Below are positions 21,116-31,443 of a DNA stretch of 64,000 nucleotides, piece after piece; the stretch's first letter is position 1, and each line of letters begins with the position of its first letter. Origin of the DNA: Phycisphaeraceae bacterium (GTDB lineage: Bacteria; Planctomycetota; Phycisphaerae; Phycisphaerales; Zrk34); NCBI GenBank assembly GCA_040905565.1, contig JBBDRF010000081.1, positions 1 to 64,000 of the forward strand, read 5' to 3'. The position numbers and the translations under genes were made by a program. The notes beneath the pieces were generated by a model. It had not been told where the DNA came from, did not search any database, and worked only from the letters and a program-made list of their open reading frames with translations.

Positions 21116-21658
21116 TCAAGCGTCGGGCGACGGCACGTGGCTGTGCTTGAGCGCGGTGCCGATGCGGACGAGTTCGCTGGTGAAGCGTTGGAGACGCTGG
21201 CGTGCGCGATCGCTGGACAAGGCGCTGTGCTGGTAGTCGTGGCCGGTGGTGTAGACGAAGCGGGGGAGGATGACGCACTGGAAATCGAGCATCAGCGAGT
21301 TGGCGAGCCCCATGGCGGACATGAAGCTGACAGCCCCGCCGGCTGCACAGGCAAAGCCGACGAGCTTATCGCGCCACGCCTGCCCGGTAAGTTCGATGAG
21401 GTTCTTCGTCGCTGCCGAAACGTCGAAATTGTAAACCGGTGTGGCGAGAACGATCGCATCGGCGTGGGTGATAGCATCGGTGAGGGCGGGATCGGCCTCG
21501 GAAGCGTTGCCGCCGTCGCACAGCGGCAGCGGATGCTCGCGGAGATCGATGAGGCGGGTGTCGACGTTGAGGCGGCGCAGCTCAGCCACGGCCTCGCGGG
21601 CGAGAAGCTGCGAGTAGCTGTGGGGATTGAGCGAACAGCCGATGACCAACACGTGCAT
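21116..21658 (-). CDS. NADPH-dependent FMN reductase family flavoprotein
   Basis: GCSLNPHSYS, ADAIVLATPVYN, KNLIE; start at ATG 21658. Confidence 0.9.
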   Translation of the reverse strand: MHVLVIGCSLNPHSYSQLLAREAVAELRRLNVDTRLIDLREHPLPLCDGGNASEADPALTDAITHADAIVLATPVYNFDVSAATKNLIELTGQAWRDKLVGFACAAGGAVSFMSAMGLANSLMLDFQCVILPRFVYTTGHDYQHSALSSDRARQRLQRFTSELVRIGTALKHSHVPSPDA

Positions 21659-21846
21659 GGCCGACAGTATAAGCCAAAGGCGACGCGGCTTCTCGGCCGT
21701 CGCTGCTGGGGACGCATCACATTTGAGGGAGACCCAGGGCGACCCGCCGTGGGCTTTGCTGTGTGCATGTTGCGCGTGACGCGATTCCGGGGGGCGCGTT
21801 ATACTGGCGTGATTGAGGCCCCCCACGAGAATTCTGTTTAGACGGA

Positions 21847-24800
21847 GTGCCGCGCATGCACCTTCATTCGCGATGGATCGGCGGGATTTACGCCCTGCTG
21901 ACGGTCATTTTCTGCCTGCCGAGCCTTGCCGCCGCTGAGCCGGTGCGGGCGCAGGAGAATGCGGCGGCGGAGCAGGCGGCCGCAGCGGCCACGGTGCCGG
22001 AGGGCTTCAAGATGGAGCTTTTCGCCGCGGAGCCGATGCTTGGCCATCCCGTGGCACTGGATGTCGATGAACAGGGCCGAGTGTTCGTGGTGGAAACCTA
22101 TCGCGTGAACCAGGGCGTCTCGGACAATCGTTCGTCGGCCTTCTGGATTGACGACGACTTGGCAGCTGAGACCGTCGCCGATCGGCTCGCGTATCAGAAC
22201 GCATGGATCGAACGTGGCCAGCGCTCCGAGGCGTGGTACACCGATCACAGTGAGAAGCTGCGGCTGGTGATCGACGAAGACGGCGACGGCCGGGCCGACG
22301 TCTCACATCTCTTCGCCGACGGCTTCAACCATCCGCTCCACGGTGTGGCCTCGGGCGTGCTGGCGCTGGACGGCGATATCTACTTCACCAACATCCCCGA
22401 CCTCTACCGTCTGCGCGACACCGACGGCGACCACGAAGCCGACGAAACCGACATCCTCCATCACGGCTACGGCGTCCGCATGGCCTTCGTCGGCCACGAC
22501 CTGCACGGTCTGACGCTGGGGCCGGACGGCAAAATCTACTTCACCGTCGGCGACCGGGGTTACAACATCGAACAGCCCGACGGCTCGCGACTGCGGGATC
22601 CGATGGACGTCGGCCGCGGCGCCCTGTTCCGCTGCAACCGTGACGGTTCGGAACTGGAAGTCGTCTACTACGGCTTGCGGAACCCGCAGGACCTGGCGTT
22701 CGACCAGTACGGGAACCTGTTCACCGGCGACAACAACGCCGACGGTCGCGACCGTGCCCGCATCGTCTATCTGCTGGAGGGCGGCGACAGCGGGTGGTCA
22801 ATGACGTTCCAGTACATGCAGGACCGAGGCCCATGGGAACGCGAACGCATTTGGGAACTGGCCAATGAGGATCAGCCGGCGTGGACGCTGCCGCCGCTCT
22901 ATCACCTCTCCGCCGGGCCGAGCGGGTTCGAATATAACCCCGGACTGGGACTGCCCGCTGAGTACGATGAGCATTTCTTCCTGGCGGATTTCCGAGGCGG
23001 CCCTTCCAACAGCGGGCTCCACACTTTCAAGCTCGATCAAAAAGGCGCGGGCTTCGAGATGGTCAACCCGCGGCAGTTCGTCTGGAACATGCTCGCCACC
23101 GATATGAAGTTCGGCTACGACGGCAAGCTCTACATCGCCGACTGGGAAGCCGGTTGGGGCATGAAAAACCCGCCGACGGGACGGCTGCATACCCTCGCGC
23201 ACAGCGAACATGTGAACGATGCCGCCGAGGCCCAGGTCGCTGAGTTGATCCGTGAGGATTTCGCCGCCATGCCCGCCGATGAACTGGGCGATCTGCTCAA
23301 CCATCGCGACATGCGTATCCGGATGCGCGCACAGTTCGCTCTGGCGGATCAGACGCAAAGTGATTCCGACGCAGCTGTGCTCCGAACGATCGCAGCCGAC
23401 GCAAGCAATGATTTCGTGCCCGCGCGGCTGCATGCGGTGTGGGGCATGGGGCAGGTGCTCCGGACGGGGCGCACGTTCGTGCTCGATGATCTGCTCGAAC
23501 GGCTTGACGATGAGAACTACCACGTCCGCGCCCAGGCGGCCAAGGTGGTCGGCGACGCGGCGGCCAGCGCGGCCGGCGGCGAAGCGGTGCGAAGCGCCCT
23601 CGCCCAAAACGACCGCATCGCCCCGCTGATCGCGAACCTTTCCGACGAAGCGCCACATGTTCAGGCGCTCACCGCCATCGCGATCGGGAAGATCGGCGAC
23701 GAGGCAGCCTTCGAGCCTCTGCTTCGACTGCTTCACGCCAACGACGATGCCGACCCGTACCTCCGCCACGGCGCGATCATGGGCATCTTCGGCACGAGCG
23801 ATGCGGATGCACTGGTCGACCGTGCCGCGACCGCTTCGTCCGCTCAGCGGCTGGGTATCGTGCTCGCGCTGCGTCGGCATCAGGACGCAAGGCTCACGCA
23901 GTTCCTTGATGATGTGGAACCGCACATTGTCCGAGAGGCCGCCACCGCCATCTACGACATGAACGTGACCGACGCGATGCCCGCGCTGGCGTCCCTGCTG
24001 AATCGTTACACGCGTCAGGCTACGCAGGCGAAGGAAGAGCCGACCTTCGAGTTGGCGTACTACCGGAACATCGAGGGCAACACGATTGCGTCACTGCGGG
24101 AGGCGACGAAGTTTCCCGCCGAGCCGGACGACGTGGATGAAACGGTTTCGCTCGCCACCCCTGCGAACACCGCCGACAATTACGGCACGCGCATCACGGG
24201 GTTCATCGAGCCGACGCAGTCGGGCGAGCATGTGTTTCTCGTCACCGCGGACGATTCAGCCGAGGTTTATCTTTCCACCAGCGAATCGCCGGACGACAAG
24301 CGGCTGATCGCCTCGGCCCCAGAGTGGGCGGAAATCGACAACTTTGAAAAGCACCCTGAGCAGACATCCGAGCCGATCGAACTGGTCTCGGGTGAGCGGT
24401 ATTACATCGAGGTGCTGCACAAGGAAGGGAACGGCGGCGAGCATCTGATCGTCGGCTGGCGCAAGCCCGACGGCACGCAGGAGGTGCCGATCGGCGGGAG
24501 TGAAGAGACGGCACCTGTGGAGCTTCTCCGCCGTGTGATCAATGCGAATCTGGCGGTGGGCACGCAGGAGGCCGCGGCCCGGGTCGCCCACTTCGCTGCG
24601 GATGTCACCCAGCCGACGGTGCTTCGGGCCGAGGCGCTGGAGGTCCTGGCCGTGTGGTCGCAGCCGCCGCTGCGTGAGCGCGTGCTCAACTACACCCGCC
24701 CGCTGGAGGAGCGTGATGACCAGCTCGTACGTGAGGCACTGGAGCCGCTGATCGTGACGCTTGTGGACAACACGAGGGGTCAGCTGCAATCGCAGGCGAC

Positions 24801-25719
24801 TGATCTGGCGACGGCGCTCGACCTGGCGCTGGACGAAGAAACGTTGATGGCGCGACTGGGCGATGCTGAGCAGTCGGTGCAGGCGCGCCTGGCGGTGCTG
24901 CGGTCATTGATCGGCAGCAATTCACCGCGTGCGCGGGAGGCGATCGGCAAGGCGCTCGAAGCTGACGAGCCGTTGTTGCGTGCCGAAGCGCGTTCGCTGT
25001 TGAGTCAGCGTGATCCCGCAGCTGGTCTCGGCGCACTTCGCGAAGCGCTGGCCGACGGCACCGTTGTTGAGCAGCAGTACGCTTTGATGGCGCTGGGGAC
25101 GCTGGAGCATGACAGTGCCGACGCCATTCTTGCCCAGTGGCTTGATGAGCTGCTGGCGGGGAACGTGCGTCGACCGTTGCAGCTTGAGGTCGTGGAAGCA
25201 GCGGAGCAGCGTCGCAGCGACGCGGTGGCCGAGCGTCTGGCCGACTACCAGGCCTCGTTGTCCGCGGCGGATCCGCTTGCTGCTTACCAGATCGCGCGGC
25301 GTGGCGGCGATGCCGAGGCCGGGCAGAACGTATTCTTCAGCCATCCCGCTGCCCAATGCATCCGCTGTCACACCATCAACGGCACGGGCGGCGACGCCGG
25401 GCCGGATCTCACCGGCATCGGAGCGCGGCGAACCCGAGCGCAGCTGCTGGCGGACATTATCACGCCTAATCAGGAAGTGGCTGAGGGTTTCGGCACCGTC
25501 GTGCTGACACTGGAGGACGGCGGCGTCGTGGCCGGGGTGCTCCGCGAGGAGACCGAGGAGGAACTGACGATGGTGGCTGCCGACGGCCAGCTTCAGGTTG
25601 TGCCGCTGGATGAGATCATCACGCGGACGCCCGCCATCTCTGCCATGCCACCACAAGGTGCCATCCTTACCCCGCGCCAGCTCCGCGACGTCATCGAGTA
25701 TCTGGCGACGCAGGATTGA
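21847..25719 (+). CDS. PVC-type membrane-bound dehydrogenase / heme c protein: beta-propeller, HEAT repeats, PA14 domain, cytochrome c
   Basis: VPEGFKMELFAAEPML..PVA, GLRNPQDLAFD, HEAT repeats, PA14 motif TADDSAEV, CIRCH..GPDLTGIG, SAMP. Confidence 0.9.
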   Translation: MPRMHLHSRWIGGIYALLTVIFCLPSLAAAEPVRAQENAAAEQAAAAATVPEGFKMELFAAEPMLGHPVALDVDEQGRVFVVETYRVNQGVSDNRSSAFWIDDDLAAETVADRLAYQNAWIERGQRSEAWYTDHSEKLRLVIDEDGDGRADVSHLFADGFNHPLHGVASGVLALDGDIYFTNIPDLYRLRDTDGDHEADETDILHHGYGVRMAFVGHDLHGLTLGPDGKIYFTVGDRGYNIEQPDGSRLRDPMDVGRGALFRCNRDGSELEVVYYGLRNPQDLAFDQYGNLFTGDNNADGRDRARIVYLLEGGDSGWSMTFQYMQDRGPWERERIWELANEDQPAWTLPPLYHLSAGPSGFEYNPGLGLPAEYDEHFFLADFRGGPSNSGLHTFKLDQKGAGFEMVNPRQFVWNMLATDMKFGYDGKLYIADWEAGWGMKNPPTGRLHTLAHSEHVNDAAEAQVAELIREDFAAMPADELGDLLNHRDMRIRMRAQFALADQTQSDSDAAVLRTIAADASNDFVPARLHAVWGMGQVLRTGRTFVLDDLLERLDDENYHVRAQAAKVVGDAAASAAGGEAVRSALAQNDRIAPLIANLSDEAPHVQALTAIAIGKIGDEAAFEPLLRLLHANDDADPYLRHGAIMGIFGTSDADALVDRAATASSAQRLGIVLALRRHQDARLTQFLDDVEPHIVREAATAIYDMNVTDAMPALASLLNRYTRQATQAKEEPTFELAYYRNIEGNTIASLREATKFPAEPDDVDETVSLATPANTADNYGTRITGFIEPTQSGEHVFLVTADDSAEVYLSTSESPDDKRLIASAPEWAEIDNFEKHPEQTSEPIELVSGERYYIEVLHKEGNGGEHLIVGWRKPDGTQEVPIGGSEETAPVELLRRVINANLAVGTQEAAARVAHFAADVTQPTVLRAEALEVLAVWSQPPLRERVLNYTRPLEERDDQLVREALEPLIVTLVDNTRGQLQSQATDLATALDLALDEETLMARLGDAEQSVQARLAVLRSLIGSNSPRAREAIGKALEADEPLLRAEARSLLSQRDPAAGLGALREALADGTVVEQQYALMALGTLEHDSADAILAQWLDELLAGNVRRPLQLEVVEAAEQRRSDAVAERLADYQASLSAADPLAAYQIARRGGDAEAGQNVFFSHPAAQCIRCHTINGTGGDAGPDLTGIGARRTRAQLLADIITPNQEVAEGFGTVVLTLEDGGVVAGVLREETEEELTMVAADGQLQVVPLDEIITRTPAISAMPPQGAILTPRQLRDVIEYLATQD

Positions 25720-25747
25720 TCGCCGGGCCAGAGGACGCCTCGGGTTC

Positions 25748-25894
25748 GAGCCACGCACGTCAGTAAGTGGTCGTCGCGATCTGGGGCATCGTCGCCATGT
25801 TCGAACTATGTGCGCTTCGCTGTCACGGTTGGCGAGGCGTGCCTACCCGTGTTGCCTTGGCGTTGCGCCGACCGTTCCCTTACGGTCGCGGCTC
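25748..25894. repeat. REPIN/MITE-like doublet, family C
   Basis: GAGCCACGCACGTCAGTAAGTGG ... CCGTTCCCTTACGGTCGCGGCTC; reverse-complement architecture of 62014-62173. Confidence 0.85.
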
Positions 25895-25912
25895 GTTCCC
25901 CCCCCTACCGCT

Positions 25913-27010
25913 TCAGCGGGAACCGGCGGGCTGGAAGATCTCGTTGCAGCGGCGGGCGGTGCGGTCTTTCCACGCCTGCTTGTGATAGCCGTAGCCCGCG
26001 ATCAACGGCGTGGCGAGGGTGGCCTCGGCGTAAACCATCTGCTCGTAGGCCGTGTCGACCTTGCCCCAGGAGCACGCTTCCTTCAGCGTCGAACTGGAGA
26101 GCGCCCCGTCGCGCACGTCGGCGACGGTGACCTGAACGGCGTACTTGTGCATGTCGACTTCGTAACCGAGTACCTCGGCTGCGACGACGATGTCCTGCGT
26201 GAAGTTCTTCGGCACGCCGCCGCCGAGCATGAAGATGCCCGTCGTCGGGTGCTTGAGCTTGACCTGCGTCAGCTCGTAAAAATCCTTGGCCGAATCGAGG
26301 CTGAGCATCGGCTGCCCGGCCTGAAGCTTTTCATGCTGATGCGCAACAAGCCCGAAGCCGGCCGAGCAATCGCTGAAGGCGGGGCAGAAAATCGGCACGT
26401 CGTGCTCGTAAGCCGCCCGCACCATCGAATCGGCGGGGTCAACGTTCCGCTCAGCGAGGTAGCGGCCCATCGCATGGATGAACTCACGCGAGGAATGGGG
26501 GCGCGGCTCGAGCGAATCGCTGATCTGCCGCATCACCTCGTCGCACTCGCGGAGGTTGTCCTCGTCGATGAAAGTGTCGTAGATGCGGTCGATGTTCAGC
26601 TCGCGCAGCGCCTGGTCGTCCATGCCTGACTTGTAGCGTTCGTCGGCGATGTAATGCTTGAAGCCGAGGCCTTCGAAAAAATCCTGATCGACGACATTGG
26701 CGCCGGTGGAGACGATCGCGTCGACCATGTTGAAGCGGATCAGGTCGGCGAACACCTTCTTCAGGCCCGCCGAGACAAGCGAACCGGCGAGCGTGAGGAC
26801 GATGGCGCAGTCGCGGTCGCGCAGCATCATGTCGTAGATGCCCGCCGCCCGCGCCAGGTCCCGGCTGCTGTAGGCCATGTGCGACATCGCTTCGATCAGG
26901 TCGGTAGGGTCGTGCTGGGTGATATCGATGTGCTGAATCGGCCGGGCCAGCAGTTCGGCTTTGGTCGGCACCGGTCCGAGCGCGTGATTGGAAGGTTCAG
27001 GCGTCGTCAT
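25913..27010 (-). CDS. Deoxyhypusine synthase-like protein (probable homospermidine synthase)
   Basis: STGAN, IDRIYD, FCPAFSD, GGGVPKNF, DGALSSSTLKEACSWGKV (catalytic Lys). Confidence 0.9.
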   Translation of the reverse strand: MTTPEPSNHALGPVPTKAELLARPIQHIDITQHDPTDLIEAMSHMAYSSRDLARAAGIYDMMLRDRDCAIVLTLAGSLVSAGLKKVFADLIRFNMVDAIVSTGANVVDQDFFEGLGFKHYIADERYKSGMDDQALRELNIDRIYDTFIDEDNLRECDEVMRQISDSLEPRPHSSREFIHAMGRYLAERNVDPADSMVRAAYEHDVPIFCPAFSDCSAGFGLVAHQHEKLQAGQPMLSLDSAKDFYELTQVKLKHPTTGIFMLGGGVPKNFTQDIVVAAEVLGYEVDMHKYAVQVTVADVRDGALSSSTLKEACSWGKVDTAYEQMVYAEATLATPLIAGYGYHKQAWKDRTARRCNEIFQPAGSR

Positions 27011-27079
27011 AATCAATACTCCTGCGGCTAAAGCACAAAGGCCTGCACACGCGGCGGAACAAGGTGGTGGGGGTGGCGC

Positions 27080-28102
27080 TTAGAACTGGACGGGAACGCC
27101 TTCGGCACGCCACTTTTCGAGAAGCAGCTGCCCCTCGCGAAGCGCGTCGGAAAGGCGGCCGGCTGCGTCCTGCAGATTGTTGTACAGCGACGGGTCGTTG
27201 ATCATCAGCCCGAGCGTACCTTGGCCTTCGCGGGCCTCCTGCACCAGATCGTCCACTTCCAGAAGCGTTTTCGAAAGATCGTCAGCGACGGCCACGTAAC
27301 GCCGAGTGAGCTTGTCGAGGTTCTCATCGGCGTTGGCGGCGACGCGTCGGGCGTCTTCGGTGAATAGCCGGGTGTTGGTGATCGTCTGGCGAATTTCCTG
27401 GTGGAGCTCTTTGTCGCCGACGAGCTGATTCATCTGGTCGATGGTCTGGTGCAGTTCCGAAAGCGTGGCGTCGGAGCGGGCGAGCATGGTGGTAAGGTTC
27501 GCCTGAACACGCCCCGCGTCGACATCGGCGAGGTCGCGATGCTCAAGCATCTCGCCGGCGCGCTGGCCGACGACGATGTACTGGTCGGAAAGCTCGGTCA
27601 GCTTCTCAGTCAGCTTGCCGAAGTTCGCCAACTGCTCCTGCACCGAATGCTCGAGTTGCTGCGTGAGCGTGCCGAAGTCGGTCGGTGCCTCACCGTGCAG
27701 CTTCCCGGTCCCGTCCTTAGGCAGCGGCGGCGCGACAGCGACACCGGGTGGCTTGGTGGCGACGATGGCGAGCTGCGCGGCCCCGCCGATGAGGCCTGCT
27801 GAGGAGCTGACGCGCGCATCAGAAAGGATCTCGTAACCGGATTGAATCTCGGTGTGGATCAGCACGCCCTCGGTCGGGTCCGACTGGAGCTGAACATTCT
27901 CGACATGGCCCACGTCGACGCCATTGAGCCTGACACGGCTGCCGGGCGTGATGCCGCCTGCGTTGTTCATGGTGATGGTGATGCGGTAGGTATCGGTCAC
28001 CCAGGTGGGCACCTCACCGAAGATGAAGACGAGGTAGACGAAGCCCACCACCCCTGCGAGTGCGGTGAGTCCGACGAAGAAATTCCGCTTGCGATCGTTC
28101 AT
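27080..28102 (-). CDS. mlaD: MlaD/MCE family protein
   Basis: N-terminal TM, GITPGSRVRLNGVDVGHV, helical tail GQGTLG..INDPSLYNNL. Confidence 0.9.
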   Translation of the reverse strand: MNDRKRNFFVGLTALAGVVGFVYLVFIFGEVPTWVTDTYRITITMNNAGGITPGSRVRLNGVDVGHVENVQLQSDPTEGVLIHTEIQSGYEILSDARVSSSAGLIGGAAQLAIVATKPPGVAVAPPLPKDGTGKLHGEAPTDFGTLTQQLEHSVQEQLANFGKLTEKLTELSDQYIVVGQRAGEMLEHRDLADVDAGRVQANLTTMLARSDATLSELHQTIDQMNQLVGDKELHQEIRQTITNTRLFTEDARRVAANADENLDKLTRRYVAVADDLSKTLLEVDDLVQEAREGQGTLGLMINDPSLYNNLQDAAGRLSDALREGQLLLEKWRAEGVPVQF

Positions 28103-28115
28103 GTGCGTCCTGCCA

Positions 28116-28970
28116 TCACTCGCGGGTCCCGCCAGCCTCCAAGGACGCGATCTGGTGAAGATCGGCCCGGCCTTCGATGAAGCTTTTCACGATAGGGTCA
28201 TCGGTCCTGCGAAGCGCCTGAGGGCTCGCGTCCGCGATCAGCTTGCCATCGTAGAGCATCACAATGCGGTCAGCAATTTTGTACGCACTGGTCATATCGT
28301 GCGTCACGACGATGCTGGTGGCGTTGAGTTCGTGCTTGAGTTTGATGATTAGTTCGTTGATAACGTCGGCCCGGATCGGATCGAGGCCGGTGGTCGGTTC
28401 GTCGTAGAGGATGACTTTTGGGTGCAGTGCGACGGCCCGGGCAAGGGCGACGCGCTTCTTCTGTCCGCCGCTGAGTTCCGCGGGGAACTTGATCTGTGTG
28501 CCGTCCATCCCCACCATCCGCAGAACCTCGTCGACACGTTCGGTTCGCTCGGCGAGGTTCATATCGGTGTGCTCGACGAGCGGGAAGCCGACGTTGTCGC
28601 CGACGTTCATCGAATCGAACAGCGCGCCCATTTGGAAGAGGTAGCCGAACTGCGTGCGGACGGGGACGAGGTCGGCTTCGCGGAGGTTGTCGATGCGTCG
28701 GCCCTCGTGGAAGATTTCGCCCTTGTCGGGACGAAGCAGGCCGACGATGTTCTTGATCATCACACTTTTGCCCGAGCCGCTGGGTCCGAGGATGACGGTG
28801 GTTTTGCCTCGCTCAAAGTCCAAATCGATCCCCCGCAGCACGCGCAGCTTGCCAAAGGATTTATGGACGTTCCGCATCGAAATCACCGCCCCGGCACGCT
28901 CCGCATGCGCGGTGTGCCCCGATTCAGGGGTGTCATTGTTGGCGGGAGAAGGTGGGGGGGGGGGAGTCAT
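28116..28970 (-). CDS. mlaF: MlaF-type ABC transporter ATPase
   Basis: GPSGSGKS, FQMGALFDS, LSGGQKKRV, YDEPTTGLDP, VTHD; adjacent to mlaD. Confidence 0.92.
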   Translation of the reverse strand: MTPPPPPSPANNDTPESGHTAHAERAGAVISMRNVHKSFGKLRVLRGIDLDFERGKTTVILGPSGSGKSVMIKNIVGLLRPDKGEIFHEGRRIDNLREADLVPVRTQFGYLFQMGALFDSMNVGDNVGFPLVEHTDMNLAERTERVDEVLRMVGMDGTQIKFPAELSGGQKKRVALARAVALHPKVILYDEPTTGLDPIRADVINELIIKLKHELNATSIVVTHDMTSAYKIADRIVMLYDGKLIADASPQALRRTDDPIVKSFIEGRADLHQIASLEAGGTRE

Positions 28971-28982
28971 TTCGCCGACCGA

Positions 28983-30110
28983 TCATGCATAGAACGTGCG
29001 AACGGCTTGGGCCACTTGCGTCTGCTGTTCTGCGGTGAGATGGGGGAACATGGGAAGCGAGACGACCTGTTGCGTGGCGGCTTCTGCCTTGGGGAACTGA
29101 CCCTCACGATAACCGAGATCCGCGAAGCACGGCTGAAGATGCAACGCCAGCGGATAGTAGACACGATGGCCGATGCCCGCCGCCTTGAAGTGCTCGCACA
29201 ACGCATCGCGCTGCTGCGACCGCACGGTGTACTGGTTGAACACGTGATGACAACCAGCCGCAACCTGCGGCAACTGCAACGGCGTGTCCGCCAGCAGGTC
29301 ATTGTAGCGCGCCGCGGCGGCACGTCTGGCCTCGGCATCGGCGTCGAGATGTTTGAGTTTGATCGAGAGGACGGCCGATTGGATGCCGTCGATCCGGAAG
29401 TTGCCGCCGAGCAGCCCGTGCTGATAGGTATCGGTCTGGCCGTGCAGGCGCAGCACGCGCAGTCGTTCAGCAAGGGCGTCGTCTTGCGTGAGCACCGCCC
29501 CGGCATCGCCGAACGCGCCGAGGTTCTTCGTCGGATAGAAGCTGAGCGCCCCCATGTGCCCGATGGTGCCGCTGGATATGCCGTTATAGCGCGCGCCGAT
29601 CGACTGGGCGGCATCTTCGATGACCGTCAGCCCTTCACGTTCGGCCAGCGCCATCACGGCATCCATGTCGGCCGACTGACCGTAGAGGTGGACGGGCATG
29701 ATGGCGCGGGTGCGGCGGGTGACGGCCTCGGCGGCGGCGGCGGGGTCGATGTTGAACGTGGCCGGGTCGATATCGACGAAGACGGGTTTGGCACCGGCGC
29801 GGGCGACGGACCCCGCAGAGGCGAAGAAGGTGAAGGCGGGGACAATAACTTCATCGCCCGGGCCGATTTCCGCAGCCATCAGTGCGGCCAGCAACGCATC
29901 GGTGCCGCTGCTCATGCCGATCGCGTGGGTCGCTTGGCAATAGCTGGCGAGGTCGTGCTCGAACTGCTCGGTGGCTTTGCCGAGCACGAAGGCATTGGTG
30001 TCGATGATCTCACCGATGGCGGCCATGAAGGCGGCGCGGTCGGCCTGGTGGGCTTCGCTGAGATCAAGCAGCGGAACGGGAGACGAGGGGGACGCGGAAG
30101 ACGGGGGCAT
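28983..30110 (-). CDS. DegT/DnrJ/EryC1/StrS sugar aminotransferase
   Basis: SSGTDAL, PVHLYGQ, EDAAQS, SFYPTKNLGAFGDAG. Confidence 0.95.
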   Translation of the reverse strand: MPPSSASPSSPVPLLDLSEAHQADRAAFMAAIGEIIDTNAFVLGKATEQFEHDLASYCQATHAIGMSSGTDALLAALMAAEIGPGDEVIVPAFTFFASAGSVARAGAKPVFVDIDPATFNIDPAAAAEAVTRRTRAIMPVHLYGQSADMDAVMALAEREGLTVIEDAAQSIGARYNGISSGTIGHMGALSFYPTKNLGAFGDAGAVLTQDDALAERLRVLRLHGQTDTYQHGLLGGNFRIDGIQSAVLSIKLKHLDADAEARRAAAARYNDLLADTPLQLPQVAAGCHHVFNQYTVRSQQRDALCEHFKAAGIGHRVYYPLALHLQPCFADLGYREGQFPKAEAATQQVVSLPMFPHLTAEQQTQVAQAVRTFYA

Positions 30111-30230
30111 GGATACGCAACTCCGAGCGGCAGGGGAAGGTCAACAGAATAGCACCCCGTGGCCCCTATTTCCAAATGCGTATGGCTGAGGGTGTGCGTC
30201 TGCGACCCCGGGGCACCCTGCCCGCACCGA

Positions 30231-31124
30231 TCAACATCCCGCGACCAGATCGACGCCGTGCTCCTGTAGCCGCTGCTTCTCGGCGAGGAGTTGGCGGAGA
30301 TGATGAAAAGCCGGTCGCGGCGAGCCTGCTGCCGTCGCGAGCGCCGTGCAGGGACCGGCTGCGGCAGGCTGCGCCAGCAGCGGATTCCAGTAGAGGCGCT
30401 GGAAAGGTGCGGTGGCGGCGCTCTCAACGAAGGCGGCGGTGGCGGTGGGGTCCTCCGTCGTGGGGCACGCGGCTGTGGTGATCCAGGTGGGCCGATCGGT
30501 GAGCGACGCAAGGTGACGCTTGAGATGCAGGAACGACACGAACGCGGACCCCTCAGCGAACGGCGACCCGGCGTGCGGCTGAACGTGGGCGGCGACGACA
30601 TCAATGTGCTCAAGCCCCCCCACCTGCGTAACAGCTTTGAGGAATCGACCGCATACCCGCCGAAGTCCCGCCAGCACCGTGCGCTTGTTATGCCGCTGCG
30701 CGCAGGCTGCGGCACGGTGGAGCCTGGCGACCTCAGCCACGAACGGGTCATCACGGCGAATGTCCGCAGCAATCTCAAACTGGGTTGGATCGACCTCGTC
30801 GCCGATTTGGACGGTGTCGAAATGTTGCCCGTGCTCACTGAGGAAGCGGTCGACGAAAACGGCGAGCCTGTCACGTGGCTCGGCGATGGTGGGCATGGCC
30901 GCGTCGAGGCCGGCGCATGAGAAGACGGGGAGGATGCGGCAGTCGCTGAGCGCGTCGAAAAGGCGACGGTACCAGACGTTCGCGTGCGGACGGTGCTGAT
31001 CGCTGGCACGGATGGGCAGCCGAACGTGCTCCACGCGGAGCTGCTGCAGTAGCGGCAACGCCAGGTCGAGCGTGGTGCGATCGTGCAGGCCGATGTCGAG
31101 GCATAGTCCAATTTGTGGTCGCAA
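30231..31124 (-). CDS. Divergent clan GH-A (beta-xylosidase-like) TIM-barrel protein, possibly inactive
   Basis: LQQLRVEHVRL, QIGDEV (cf. WNEP), IDVVAAH, PTWITT (cf. WITE), RLYW. Confidence 0.5.
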   Translation of the reverse strand: MRPQIGLCLDIGLHDRTTLDLALPLLQQLRVEHVRLPIRASDQHRPHANVWYRRLFDALSDCRILPVFSCAGLDAAMPTIAEPRDRLAVFVDRFLSEHGQHFDTVQIGDEVDPTQFEIAADIRRDDPFVAEVARLHRAAACAQRHNKRTVLAGLRRVCGRFLKAVTQVGGLEHIDVVAAHVQPHAGSPFAEGSAFVSFLHLKRHLASLTDRPTWITTAACPTTEDPTATAAFVESAATAPFQRLYWNPLLAQPAAAGPCTALATAAGSPRPAFHHLRQLLAEKQRLQEHGVDLVAGC

Positions 31125-31443
31125 GCGGAGGCCCCTTCATTTTAAAGTCGCGGCAGTGCGTGGCGATATACGCAGGGCAAAGATGATGCCCAAGGCGCAT
31201 CGCCGGTGGCGCGGCTGCGGAGGGCCAGCCGGTGCAGTGAAGCCGGGCTCGGATGCACAAACTGCAGCACCAGGCGTTGGCCCGCCGAAGGCCGCTGCAT
31301 GACTTCGCACAACCGCTACGGGGCGAACCGACGCGCCGGTGGGCGGCACGGCTTTTGTTGATGGTGACGAGCCGTTGGCTTCAACAGCGGGGCGGGTCGC
31401 GGGGCCTGCCGAATCACGAGCGGCAGCAATAGAGGGGGAATAC

